Shown: piece after piece, positions 1 through 8,752 of the stretch
Position numbering within the stretch: the stretch's first letter is position 1
How the letters are laid out: every line of letters begins with the position of its first letter
Source of the DNA: Sphingomicrobium sp.
GTDB lineage: Bacteria; Pseudomonadota; Alphaproteobacteria; Sphingomonadales; Sphingomonadaceae
Assembly: GCA_046262395.1 (NCBI GenBank)
Contig: JBHEMW010000062.1
Span: 2,933-66,932 of the forward strand
Direction: 5' to 3'
Length of the DNA: 64,000 bases
Made by a program: the position numbers and the translations under genes
Notes under the pieces: generated by a model
Database searches by the model: none
What the model saw: the letters and a program-made list of their open reading frames with translations, nothing else
What the model was told of the DNA's origin: nothing

Positions 1-880
1 CCGCCGCCAGCACGCGGTGCGTCCCACCCGGCTCGATTGCCGTGACCGTGAACTCGCGCGCCATCTTGATCGACTGGATCTGGTCGGTCTGCACCGTCAC
101 CGTCGGCCCGCCGTCGAAAATGTCGATGTACCGGTCGAAGCGAAATCCTTCCCCCTCCAGCATGCGCAGCGCGGCGCGCCCGGTCGGGTGCGGCTGGCCC
201 ATCACCGCCCGCGCGCTCTCCGGCAGCATCGCGGTATAGATCGGCGTTTTCGGCATCAGGTCGGCGATGAACTGTGTTCCGTGAACCGCGTTGAACGCAT
301 CCGCGTCGGGGAAGCTCATCCCGAAGAACCGCCCCGCAAGCGCGTCCCAGAACGGCGAGTTGCCGGTCTCGTCCATCACGCCGCGCAGCTCGGCGAGCAC
401 GACCTTTCCAAACCTTTCCCGATGGGCGCGAATGAACAGATAGCGGCTGCGCGCCAGCAACAGGCCGAGCCCGCCTGCCCGCTCGTGCGGATGGAGGAAC
501 AGCCCGCCGACCTCCGACGATCCTTCGAGATCGGTGGTCAGGCTCAGCGTTTCGTTGCGGAAGGTCTTGCCCAGCTCCTGGCTGTGCTGGGTCAGCGTCG
601 ACATGCGGTAGCTGTAGAACGGCCGCTCGATCCCGACCGACCCGAACACCTGGCACGTGCCACGGATCAGCCCGCGTTCGGGGTCCTCCAGCACGAACAG
701 ATAGAGCGCGCCGGACTGTTCCTCACGGTCGAGCGCGAAGCCTTCCTCGGACCGCGCAAGCTTGTCGACCAGCGTGCCCTTATCGGCTGGGAGGTTGGTG
801 AACCCGCCACCGGTCAACTTGGCCATTTCATAGATCGCCGGGAAGTCCGACGGCCGCGCCGGGCGGACTCGAAAGCTCAT
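1..880 (-). CDS. astA: arginine N-succinyltransferase (C-terminal part runs off the window)
   Basis: Minus-strand translation from the ATG at 880 reads MSFRVRPARPSDFPAIYEMAKLTGGGFTNLPADKGTL...YIDIFDGGPTV, collinear with AstA. The frame is open to the window edge, so it is absent from the ORF track. Confidence 0.85.
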   Translation of the reverse strand, partial: MSFRVRPARPSDFPAIYEMAKLTGGGFTNLPADKGTLVDKLARSEEGFALDREEQSGALYLFVLEDPERGLIRGTCQVFGSVGIERPFYSYRMSTLTQHSQELGKTFRNETLSLTTDLEGSSEVGGLFLHPHERAGGLGLLLARSRYLFIRAHRERFGKVVLAELRGVMDETGNSPFWDALAGRFFGMSFPDADAFNAVHGTQFIADLMPKTPIYTAMLPESARAVMGQPHPTGRAALRMLEGEGFRFDRYIDIFDGGPTVTVQTDQIQSIKMAREFTVTAIEPGGTHRVLAA

Positions 881-2082
881 GCGCCCTCCGCCAGCCGCGC
901 GATGGTCAGCGCCGACAGCGCCGCGCGCTCGGCCAGGCTGTCGACGATCAGATATTCCTCCATCGAATGGATCTTGCCGCCGCGTGCGCCCATCGTGTCG
1001 ATCACCGGCACGCCGCACGCCGCGATATTATTGCCGTCGCACACACCGCCCGTGGGCTGCCAGCCGATCGTCTGGCCAAGGTCAGCGCCGGCCTGCCTGA
1101 CCAGCCCGAACAGCGCCTCCGCCGCCGGGGTCAGCGGTTTCGGTGGCCGCCCGAAGCCGCCGTGGACGTCGATCGCGACCTCATGCTCCGCCCGCACCAT
1201 CGCCACCGCCGCGTCGATCAGGCTCCGCGCCCGCGCTTCGTCCTCGACCGTCGCCGGCCGCATGTTGACCCGCAACACGGCGCCGTCCGGCACGACATTG
1301 TTCGGCCCGCCGCCATCGACCTTGGCGACGTTGATCGACAGCCGCGGCCCCTTGCCGATATCGAGCCGCAGCGCGAGATCCGCTGCCGCCACCACGGCGT
1401 TGCGCCCATCCTCGGGGTTGCGCCCCGCGTGCGCCGACTTGCCGGCGATGACGAAGCTGAAATTGCCGCTCCCCGGCCGCGCGCCCGCGAGCGTCCCATC
1501 GGGCAGGGCGGCCGGCTCATGGGTCAGCGCCGCCCGCTTGCCCCGTGCCGCCGTCGCGATCAGCGCGGCTGACCCGGGCGACCCGACCTCTTCGTCCGAA
1601 TTGATCACCACTTCATAGCCGACCCGTGCCGCGACAGGGCTGGTCTCGACCGCCTTAAGCGCCGCGAGCAGCACCGCGATTCCACCTTTCATGTCGGCCA
1701 CGCCCGGCCCGTTGAGCACGCCGTCCTCCGTCCAGCGCAGCGCCTGAAACGGATGGTCGGCGCCGAACACCGTGTCCATGTGGCCGGTGAGCAGCAGCTG
1801 CACCGGCGCGGTCGGCCGAACGATCAGATGCAGGTTGCGCCCATGCTCGATGGCGAACGGCTTGCCCGATGCGTCCACCGCTTCGACCGCAGCCGCCTCG
1901 CGCAAGGTCAGCTCGCCCGGGAGCGCCACGAACGCATCAGCCAGCAGCGCCGCCATATCGGCGAGTCCCTCGAGATTGCGCGAACCGCTGTTGACGCCAG
2001 CCCACGCTTCGACCTGCGCGAGCATCTCCGCCCCCGCCGCCGCCTCGACCATGGCGCGCTCGATCGACGTCAACTGCCCCAT
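877..2082 (-). CDS. M20 family metallohydrolase (CPG2/ArgE/DapE-like)
   Basis: 401-aa ORF with HMDTV, ADMKGG and SDEEVGS motifs typical of M20 peptidases. Its TGA overlaps the astA ATG (ATGA). Confidence 0.8.
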   Translation of the reverse strand: MGQLTSIERAMVEAAAGAEMLAQVEAWAGVNSGSRNLEGLADMAALLADAFVALPGELTLREAAAVEAVDASGKPFAIEHGRNLHLIVRPTAPVQLLLTGHMDTVFGADHPFQALRWTEDGVLNGPGVADMKGGIAVLLAALKAVETSPVAARVGYEVVINSDEEVGSPGSAALIATAARGKRAALTHEPAALPDGTLAGARPGSGNFSFVIAGKSAHAGRNPEDGRNAVVAAADLALRLDIGKGPRLSINVAKVDGGGPNNVVPDGAVLRVNMRPATVEDEARARSLIDAAVAMVRAEHEVAIDVHGGFGRPPKPLTPAAEALFGLVRQAGADLGQTIGWQPTGGVCDGNNIAACGVPVIDTMGARGGKIHSMEEYLIVDSLAERAALSALTIARLAEGA

Positions 2083-2143
2083 CGCCGCTGCCTAGCGCGC
2101 GGGATGAACGAAAGCCACACCAGCTAATCCTCTCCGGCATTTG

Positions 2144-2246
2144 CCGGGGAGGGGGACCAGCGAAGCTGGTGGAGGGGTTCTATGATCCGCCGTCGAAGAA
2201 CCCCTCCACCGCCTTCGGCGGTCCCCCTCCCCGAGAAACCTCGGGG
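2144..2246. repeat. G-tract palindromic repeat element (arms ccggggagggggacc...ggaggggttc / gaacccctcc...ggtccccctcccc)
   Basis: About 37-nt inverted arms at 2144-2180 and 2198-2233, plus a small extra hairpin to 2246. It overlaps the 3-prime end of rppH. Confidence 0.75.
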
Positions 2247-2782
2247 AGGAATTCGCTGAACTCCACCAACAGCCGCCGATACAGGTCCCGCTTGAACGGC
2301 ACGATCAGCTCAGGGAGTTCGCTCGGCGCCACCCACTTCCACTCGCAGAACTCCGCATGATCGGTCGCGATATCGACGTCCGCCTCCCGCCCCAGAAAGC
2401 GGCACAGAAACCAGTCCTGCAGCTGCCCCTTCCATTGACCCTTCCAAAGCGTCCCGCGAAGCTCGGGCGGCAGATCGTAGCGCAGCCGCTCGGGACAGGT
2501 CGCGATCCGTTCGACCAGGTGCGGCGCGATCCCGGTCTCTTCTTCCAGCTCGCGCAGCGCCGTCGCCCACGGTTCCTCACCCACGTCGATCCCGCCCTGC
2601 GGCATCTGCCACGCCTCGTCGGTGTTATCGATCCGCCGCCCGACCCACACGAGGTTTTGGTGGTTGAGCAGCATCACCCCGACCCCGCGGCGATAGAGAT
2701 GATCCTCGTTCACATCCGATCCTTCGTGTTTGGGCTGATTTTCGATGTCCCGATTAAAGACACCGGACAGCGCAATTTTCAT
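2180..2782 (-). CDS. rppH: RNA pyrophosphohydrolase (Nudix)
   Basis: Nudix box GGIDVGEEPWATALRELEEETG and RppH-like architecture. The last ~18 codons (from 2233 down to the stop at 2180-2182) are encoded by the palindromic element. Confidence 0.85.
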   Translation of the reverse strand: MKIALSGVFNRDIENQPKHEGSDVNEDHLYRRGVGVMLLNHQNLVWVGRRIDNTDEAWQMPQGGIDVGEEPWATALRELEEETGIAPHLVERIATCPERLRYDLPPELRGTLWKGQWKGQLQDWFLCRFLGREADVDIATDHAEFCEWKWVAPSELPELIVPFKRDLYRRLLVEFSEFLPEVSRGGGPPKAVEGFFDGGS

Positions 2783-2846
2783 CTATTCACGCCATTAAAC
2801 TTTCATTAACCGCTCTCATAGTCACACCGGGTATGGGGATACGACA

Positions 2847-3434
2847 ATGAAACTGACTACCAAACTTCTGGCGGCTTCCGCGCTGTTGAGCTGCGTCGGC
2901 TTCGCGGCTCCGGCGAGCGCCGCCATCCTGCTGGATCAGGTGAACGTTGCCGCCCAGACGAACACGGCGACCACGCTGAATTTCACCGCAGGAAGCCCAA
3001 CGACGACGCTGTCTTTCGCCGGCTTTAATGTCCCCTCCTTCATCACCCTTACCAACATCGGCCTGTTTGCGAGCGGTTCAGGCACGAACCTCCTAACGAA
3101 TGCGTTCAGCTTTACGGCAGCGCCAAGCGGTTCGCTCGCGTCGCAGTTCAGTGATGGAACCTCCGTCGGCGCTCTGTCATTCGGCGGCGTCTCCACCGGT
3201 AGCTACGACATTTTCTCGCAGAGTGTCGGGACGACCTCAGGGGCGAATTACACGCTCAGCTTCAACCTGTCGTCGAACGGATCGCCGAACGGCCTGCGTA
3301 TCTCGGCTTCGGATGCGCTAGACGGCGCCGTTCCCGAGCCGGCAACCTGGGCGATGATGCTGATCGGCTTCGGTGCGGTCGGCTTCGCCATGCGCCGCCA
3401 GAAGGTCACGGCAAAAATTTCCTACGCCGCCTAG
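2847..3434 (+). CDS. PEPxxWA-CTERM sorting-domain secreted protein
   Basis: Signal peptide (LSCVGFAAPASAA) and C-terminal VPEPATWAMMLIGFGAVGFAMRRQK, a PEP-CTERM variant sorting signal. Confidence 0.8.
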   Translation: MKLTTKLLAASALLSCVGFAAPASAAILLDQVNVAAQTNTATTLNFTAGSPTTTLSFAGFNVPSFITLTNIGLFASGSGTNLLTNAFSFTAAPSGSLASQFSDGTSVGALSFGGVSTGSYDIFSQSVGTTSGANYTLSFNLSSNGSPNGLRISASDALDGAVPEPATWAMMLIGFGAVGFAMRRQKVTAKISYAA

Positions 3435-3456
3435 CGACTAAGCAACGGTCGGCAAA

Positions 3457-3492
3457 GCGCCGTCGCTCGAAAGAGCGGCGGCGTTTTCGTTT
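3457..3492 (+). terminator. rho-independent terminator after the PEP-CTERM gene
   Basis: gcgccgtcgctc-gaaa-gagcggcggcg stem (about 11 bp, one G-U pair) followed by ttttcgttt. Confidence 0.7.
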
Positions 3493-3582
3493 GCAGGGCG
3501 ATCTGCCCGATGCGCGAGGGTGGCGAACTCACCTCTGCAGTCCTATGAAGGGCTTGCACGCATTTCGAGGAACGCTCGCCCC

Positions 3583-5463
3583 ATGGCCTCGGCCACCCAC
3601 CTCATCACCGACGACGAAGCGCACGCTCGCCCGCCGCTCGAATCGATGGTCGTCCGCTTCGCCGGCGACAGCGGCGACGGGATGCAGCTGACCGGCGGCC
3701 AGTTCACCCTCTCGACCGCGCTCGCCGGCAACGATCTCGCCACCTTCCCCGATTTCCCGGCGGAAATCCGCGCACCGCAAGGCACGACCTTCGGCGTCTC
3801 GGCCTTCCAGATCAATTTCGGCTCGACCGCCATCGATACCGCCGGCGATCAGCCCGACGTGCTCGTCGCCATGAACCCCGCCGCGCTCAAGGTGAATGTG
3901 AAGTCACTGCGCGACGGCGGCCTGATCATCGCCGATGAAGGCGAGTTTACGTCGCGCAATCTGACCAAGGCCGGCTACGACGCCAATCCGCTCGACGACG
4001 ACAGCCTCGCGCGCTGGCAACTGGTCCGGTTCAACATCTCGCAGCTGACCCTCGACGCGGTGAAGCCGTTTGGGCTCGGCAACAAGGAAGCGCTGCGCTG
4101 CAAGAATATGTGGACGCTCGGGCTGGCGCTGTGGATGTTCGACCGCTCGCGCCAACCGATCGTCGACTGGCTCACCACCAAATTCGCCAAGGCGCCGCAG
4201 CTCGCCGAAGCGAATATCGCCGCGCTCAACGCGGGTCATGCCTATGGCGAGACGGTCGAGATGGGCGCAAGCGTCCGCCAGCACCATATCGCCGCCGCGC
4301 CGGTCGAACCGGGCCTCTATCGCACCGTCACCGGCGCGGAATCGCTCGCCGTCGGCCTCGTCGCCGGGGCGCAGCTCGCCGGGCTCGACATGCTGTTCGG
4401 TTCCTACCCGATCACGCCCGCCTCGCCGCTGCTCCACCATCTCTCGCGGTTGAAAGAGTTCGGCATCACGACCTTCCAGGCGGAGGACGAGATTGCCGCG
4501 ATCTGCGCCGCGATCGGCGCTTCCTATGCGGGCAAGCTCGGCATCACCTCCTCGTCGGGTCCCGGCATCGCCCTCAAGACCGAGGCGATCGGCCTTGCCG
4601 TGATGACCGAGCTTCCCCTCGTGATCGTCAATTCGCAGCGTGGCGGACCTTCGACCGGCCTGCCGACCAAAACCGAGCAGTCCGATCTCTATCAGGCGGT
4701 CTATGGCCGCAATGGCGATGCGCCGCTGCCGGTCATCGCCGCGCGCTCGCCGGCCGACGCCTTCGACTGCGCGATCGAGGCGTGCCGCATCGCGACGCGC
4801 TACATGACGCCGGTGATGCTGCTCACCGACGGCTACATCGCCAATGCCGCCGAACCGTGGAAAGTCCCCGAAATGAGCGGCTATGCACCGTTCCCGGTTC
4901 ATTTCCATGACGATGCACCTCCGGTAGGCGAGGGCGTCATGCCTTATGCGCGCAACGAGGACCTCGCCCGGCCCTGGATCAGGCCCGGCACGCCGGGCCT
5001 CGAGCATCGCATCGGCGGGATCGAGAAGGCGCCGGGCTCGGGCAACATCGACTATTCGCCAGAGGCCCACGCTGAAATGACCCGGCTGCGCGCGGCCAAG
5101 GTCGCGAACGTCGCCCATTCGATCCCCGATCAGCAGGTCTGCCTCGGCAACGAAGGCGGAAGGCTCGCGGTGGTCGGTTGGGGCTCGACTTTCGGCCCAA
5201 TTCACCAGGCGGTGCGGCGGGCGAGGCTGCGCGGGCTCGACGTCGCCCACATCCACATCCGCCACATCGCGCCGATGCCGAAAAATATGTCTGTCCTACT
5301 CAAGGGCTATGAGCATATCCTCGTGCCGGAGATGAACAGCGGCCAGTTGAAGACGATCCTGCGTGACCAGTTCCTGGTCGACGCGTGCCCGCTGGCCAAG
5401 ACCACCGGCCAGCCCTTCACCATCGCCGAAATCGAGGCGGCGATCGAAGGAATGCTGCGATGA
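3583..5463 (+). CDS. korA: 2-oxoglutarate/2-oxoacid:ferredoxin oxidoreductase subunit alpha
   Basis: Large ORF with OFOR alpha-type sequence (SYPITPAS, GGPSTGLPTK), directly followed by the TPP-binding beta subunit. Start taken at M22 of the 3520 ORF. Confidence 0.85.
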   Translation: MASATHLITDDEAHARPPLESMVVRFAGDSGDGMQLTGGQFTLSTALAGNDLATFPDFPAEIRAPQGTTFGVSAFQINFGSTAIDTAGDQPDVLVAMNPAALKVNVKSLRDGGLIIADEGEFTSRNLTKAGYDANPLDDDSLARWQLVRFNISQLTLDAVKPFGLGNKEALRCKNMWTLGLALWMFDRSRQPIVDWLTTKFAKAPQLAEANIAALNAGHAYGETVEMGASVRQHHIAAAPVEPGLYRTVTGAESLAVGLVAGAQLAGLDMLFGSYPITPASPLLHHLSRLKEFGITTFQAEDEIAAICAAIGASYAGKLGITSSSGPGIALKTEAIGLAVMTELPLVIVNSQRGGPSTGLPTKTEQSDLYQAVYGRNGDAPLPVIAARSPADAFDCAIEACRIATRYMTPVMLLTDGYIANAAEPWKVPEMSGYAPFPVHFHDDAPPVGEGVMPYARNEDLARPWIRPGTPGLEHRIGGIEKAPGSGNIDYSPEAHAEMTRLRAAKVANVAHSIPDQQVCLGNEGGRLAVVGWGSTFGPIHQAVRRARLRGLDVAHIHIRHIAPMPKNMSVLLKGYEHILVPEMNSGQLKTILRDQFLVDACPLAKTTGQPFTIAEIEAAIEGMLR

Positions 5464-5508
5464 GCGTTCTTGGTGCGACTTTAGCGTGACCTTCCGCGGA
5501 TCCAGGCG

Positions 5509-5592
5509 ATGAAACCGATCAACCCCGTGCCTCTTATTCTGATGCTGCTGCTGGTGCTGCTATTGCTCTATTACCTGTCCGGAATTCGCTGA
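5509..5592 (+). CDS. possible 27-aa hydrophobic micropeptide between korA and korB
   Basis: ATG...TGA reads MKPINPVPLILMLLLVLLLLYYLSGIR. Its TGA overlaps the korB ATG by 1 nt (TGATG). No clear Shine-Dalgarno sequence. Confidence 0.3.
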   Translation: MKPINPVPLILMLLLVLLLLYYLSGIR

Positions 5593-6605
5593 TGAACGAA
5601 GTCGTCAAACTCACCGCCAAGGACTGGGCGTCGGACCAGGAGGTACGCTGGTGCCCAGGCTGCGGCGACTATGCGGTGCTGAAAGCCGTGCAGCGGACCA
5701 TGCCCGACCTTGGCACCGCGCGCGAAAAGACCGTGTTCGTCTCAGGAATCGGCTGCTCCAGCCGCTTTCCCTATTATATGGCGAGCTACGGCTTCCACAC
5801 GATTCACGGCCGCGCCCCGGCGGTGGCCACCGGGGTCAAACTGGCCAATCCCGAACTCGACGTATGGATCATCACCGGCGACGGCGACGCGCTGTCGATC
5901 GGTGGCAACCACACGATGCACTTGCTGCGCCGCAACCTCGATTGTCAGCTGCTGCTGTTCAACAATGAAATCTACGGCCTGACCAAGGGGCAATATTCCC
6001 CGACCAGCCGCATCGGCACGCGCACGCCATCGACCCCGTTCGGATCGGTCGATCGGCCCGCCAATCCGTGCAGTTTCGCCTTGGGCGCCGGCGCGCGGTT
6101 CATCGCCCGCGCGATCGACGTCCACAAGAGCCTGCCCGATGTGCTCAAGGACGCGCACGGGCACAGGGGCGCGAGCTTCGTCGAGATTTTCCAGAATTGC
6201 GTGGTTTACAACGACGACGTCTTCGCCTCGTTTACCGCCAAGGAGTTCGCCGCCGACCGCCAGCTGTGGCTGACGCAGGGCGAGAAAATGCTCTTTGGCG
6301 GCGGCACCAAGGGCATTTCGTTCGACCGGGAACGGATGGTGCTGACGATCGTCGACGCGGCCGATTCCGGCGTGCTGGTTCACGACCGCAAGAACCGCAC
6401 GCTCGCCCAATTGCTGATCGAAATGCCCGCTACCGCCGGCTTCCCGGTCGCGCTCGGCGTCATCTACGAAGACCCGGCGCCAACCTTCGAAAGTGCCGTC
6501 CTCGACCAGAACCGCACTATCGCCGCCGGGAAGAAGCCAGACCTCCAGGCGCTCGTCGCCAAGGGCCAGAGCTGGCAGGTCGAAAAGGAACCGCGCGCGG
6601 AATAA
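5592..6605 (+). CDS. korB: 2-oxoglutarate/2-oxoacid:ferredoxin oxidoreductase subunit beta
   Basis: CPGCGDYAVL and GDGDALSIGGNH thiamine-diphosphate binding motifs. Confidence 0.9.
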   Translation: MNEVVKLTAKDWASDQEVRWCPGCGDYAVLKAVQRTMPDLGTAREKTVFVSGIGCSSRFPYYMASYGFHTIHGRAPAVATGVKLANPELDVWIITGDGDALSIGGNHTMHLLRRNLDCQLLLFNNEIYGLTKGQYSPTSRIGTRTPSTPFGSVDRPANPCSFALGAGARFIARAIDVHKSLPDVLKDAHGHRGASFVEIFQNCVVYNDDVFASFTAKEFAADRQLWLTQGEKMLFGGGTKGISFDRERMVLTIVDAADSGVLVHDRKNRTLAQLLIEMPATAGFPVALGVIYEDPAPTFESAVLDQNRTIAAGKKPDLQALVAKGQSWQVEKEPRAE

Positions 6606-6610
6606 ACCCC

Positions 6611-6636
6611 CGCCTCTTCAGGGCGGGGAAGAGGCG
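6611..6636. repeat. GC-rich hairpin just after the korB stop
   Basis: cgcctcttc / gaagaggcg 9-bp stem with loop agggcggg and no U tract. G-rich flank gggcgagggag resembles the other G-tract elements. Confidence 0.4.
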
Positions 6637-6670
6637 CGCAGCGCGAAGGGCGAGGGAGTCAAAGCAGACA

Positions 6671-8035
6671 ATGGCCTCGCGCGGGCATCATCTATTGAAC
6701 GCCGACAGGCGCTTCGCCACCGGCGGCGGCTTGCTCGGCCGTCTCGTGGCTCCAGCCTTTGTTCGTGTCATCGATCAGCTGCACAAGCGGCTTGCGACCG
6801 GCGGTATCCACGCCACCCTGCCGGACGGCAACCGGCGCGATGTGGGATTCCATGCGCCGGGTCCGGTCGCCACGGTCACGCTGCACAGCTGGATGGCGCT
6901 CGTCCGCCTCGCCACCTCTGGCTCGGTCGGCTGGTACAAGGCATGGGAGCGCGGCGAGTGGTCTTCCCCTGATCCGGTGCCGCTGTTCGCCCTGTTCATG
7001 GCAAATGCCGTCGCGCTCGGCGACGCAGCGCGGGCGAAGGGCCCGGCGCGTCTGGCCAATGCGCTCGTCCACCGCCTGCGCGACAACGCGCCGGATCAAG
7101 CCCGCGACAACATCGCCGCACACTACGACCTCGGCAACGACTTCTATGCCGCCTGGCTTGACCCCAGCATGACCTATTCAAGCGCACGCTTCTCTGCCCC
7201 TCCCGCCAGAGCGGGAGGGGTCGACTCGCCGCAGGCGAGCGGGGGAGGGGCTGTTGATCTTACGCCTGACAATCCCTCCCCTTCGGTGCTGCGCACCTCT
7301 TCCACTCTCGCCAAGCGGGAGGGGGAGTTGGAATGCGCCCAACACCGCAAGATCGCCCTTCTCCTCGCCCGCCTCGCCCTCAAGCCCGGCGACCGACTGC
7401 TGGAGATCGGTTGCGGCTGGGGCAGCCTGGCGATCGAGGCGGCGCGGCGTGGGGCGGTGGTCACCGGCCTCACTCTCTCGACCGAGCAGAAGGCCTGGGC
7501 CGAGGGCGCTGCGGCGGATGCGGGGGTGGCGGACCGCGTAACCTTCCGCCTGCAGGACTATCGCGACCTCGATGAGCGCTTCGACGCGATTGCTTCCGTC
7601 GAGATGGTGGAGGCCGTCGGTGTCCGCTGGTGGAGCGCCTATCTCGACGCGATCGCGCGCAGCCTCGCGCCCGGGGGCTGCGCCGCGCTACAGTTCATCG
7701 GCATCGATCACCGCCTGTTCGACGCCTATGCGAGGAGCGCCGATTTCATTCAGGCCTACATCTTCCCCGGCGGGATGCTGCTCCACGAGCCGCGCTTCGC
7801 GGTGCTGGCGAGCGAACGCGGGCTAAGCTGGCAGGACCGCGACGGTTTCGGCCTCGATTATGCCGAGACGTTAAGGCAATGGCGCACTCGCTACGACGAG
7901 GCGGTCGGGAGGGGCGCGCTCTCCGGCTTCGACGAGCGGTTCCACCGGCTGTGGCGCTACTATCTCATGTATTGCGAAGGCGGCTTCCGGGGCGGCGGCA
8001 TCGACGTCGCGCAGGTGACGATGGTCAAATCCTAA
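6671..8035 (+). CDS. cyclopropane-fatty-acyl-phospholipid synthase family SAM methyltransferase
   Basis: AHYDLGNDFY, LLEIGCGWGSL (SAM motif I) and YYLMYCEGGF. Start at ATG 6671 inside the longer 6068 ORF. Carries an in-frame repeat insertion. Confidence 0.85.
   Translation: MASRGHHLLNADRRFATGGGLLGRLVAPAFVRVIDQLHKRLATGGIHATLPDGNRRDVGFHAPGPVATVTLHSWMALVRLATSGSVGWYKAWERGEWSSPDPVPLFALFMANAVALGDAARAKGPARLANALVHRLRDNAPDQARDNIAAHYDLGNDFYAAWLDPSMTYSSARFSAPPARAGGVDSPQASGGGAVDLTPDNPSPSVLRTSSTLAKREGELECAQHRKIALLLARLALKPGDRLLEIGCGWGSLAIEAARRGAVVTGLTLSTEQKAWAEGAAADAGVADRVTFRLQDYRDLDERFDAIASVEMVEAVGVRWWSAYLDAIARSLAPGGCAALQFIGIDHRLFDAYARSADFIQAYIFPGGMLLHEPRFAVLASERGLSWQDRDGFGLDYAETLRQWRTRYDEAVGRGALSGFDERFHRLWRYYLMYCEGGFRGGGIDVAQVTMVKS
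7196..7327. repeat. G-tract palindromic repeat element inserted in frame inside the cfa-like gene
   Basis: cccctcccgc...gcgggagggg, ctcgcc-gcag-gcgag and ccctcccc...gggaggggg hairpins. Encodes about 44 extra residues (APPARAGGVDSPQASGGGAVDLTPDNPSPSVLRTSSTLAKREG). Confidence 0.7.
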
Positions 8036-8742
8036 CCGTCGATTCGAGCCGTCTCGCCGCTGGCCGCATCGCCTTGCAGCCGCTCGACGATCGCCGCGGC
8101 GACCACGTCCGGTGCCTTGACCGCCTCCGGCTCCTCACCAGGAAATGCCAGCGCCCTCATTCGGGTCCGCGTCGCGCCGGGATCGACGATATGCACCCGG
8201 ATGCGCCCGGCGTGGCGGGTCTCGTCGGCATAAGCGCCGACCAGCGTCTCGAGCGCGGCCTTCGACGCTCCATAAGCGCCCCAGAAGGCCCGGGGTTCCC
8301 GACCCACAGAGCTGGTCAGGGCAACCAGCTCCGCGCGTTCGGCGCGTCGCAGCAGCGGATCGAAGGCGGCGATCAGCGCCTGGTTGGCGACGAGGTTGAG
8401 CTGGATGAGCCGCGTGAATTCCTTGGCGTCGATATGCTCGACCGGGGTCAGCGAGCCGAGCATCGCCGCGTTGAGGACCATCACGTCGAGGCTGCCCCAC
8501 CGCTCGCCGACCGCGCCGGCCAGTTTGGCGATTCCCTCGACGTCAGTAAGGTCGAGCGGCGCGATGGTCGCGCTTCCGCCGGCGGCATGAATCCGATCTT
8601 CGACCTGCTCAAGCGCCGCCGCTCCCCTTGCGACCAGGATCACATGGGCGCCGCTCGCTCCAAGCGCTTCCGCCGTCGCCGCGCCGATGCCGCGGCTCGC
8701 GCCGGTGACCAGCGCCAGCTTTCCTTCTAACGGTCCAGTCAT
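8032..8742 (-). CDS. SDR family oxidoreductase
   Basis: N-terminal LVTGASRGIGAA Rossmann motif and YGASKAAL catalytic motif. Confidence 0.85.
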   Translation of the reverse strand: MTGPLEGKLALVTGASRGIGAATAEALGASGAHVILVARGAAALEQVEDRIHAAGGSATIAPLDLTDVEGIAKLAGAVGERWGSLDVMVLNAAMLGSLTPVEHIDAKEFTRLIQLNLVANQALIAAFDPLLRRAERAELVALTSSVGREPRAFWGAYGASKAALETLVGAYADETRHAGRIRVHIVDPGATRTRMRALAFPGEEPEAVKAPDVVAAAIVERLQGDAASGETARIDG

Positions 8743-8752
8743 TGAGTGCGGC

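Noticed and set aside
17-1618. 533-aa plus-strand ORF, along with similar very long ORFs at 3904-5265(-), 10663-11766(-), 12953-14893(+), 15589-16584(+), 47380-49032(-), 52523-53644(+), 52584-53672(-) and 26262-27062(-).
   Set aside because: Each lies antisense to, or out of frame with, a gene that has strong family motifs. Their products are Arg/Ala/Gly/Pro-rich low-complexity sequence, typical of shadow ORFs in stop-poor high-GC DNA.
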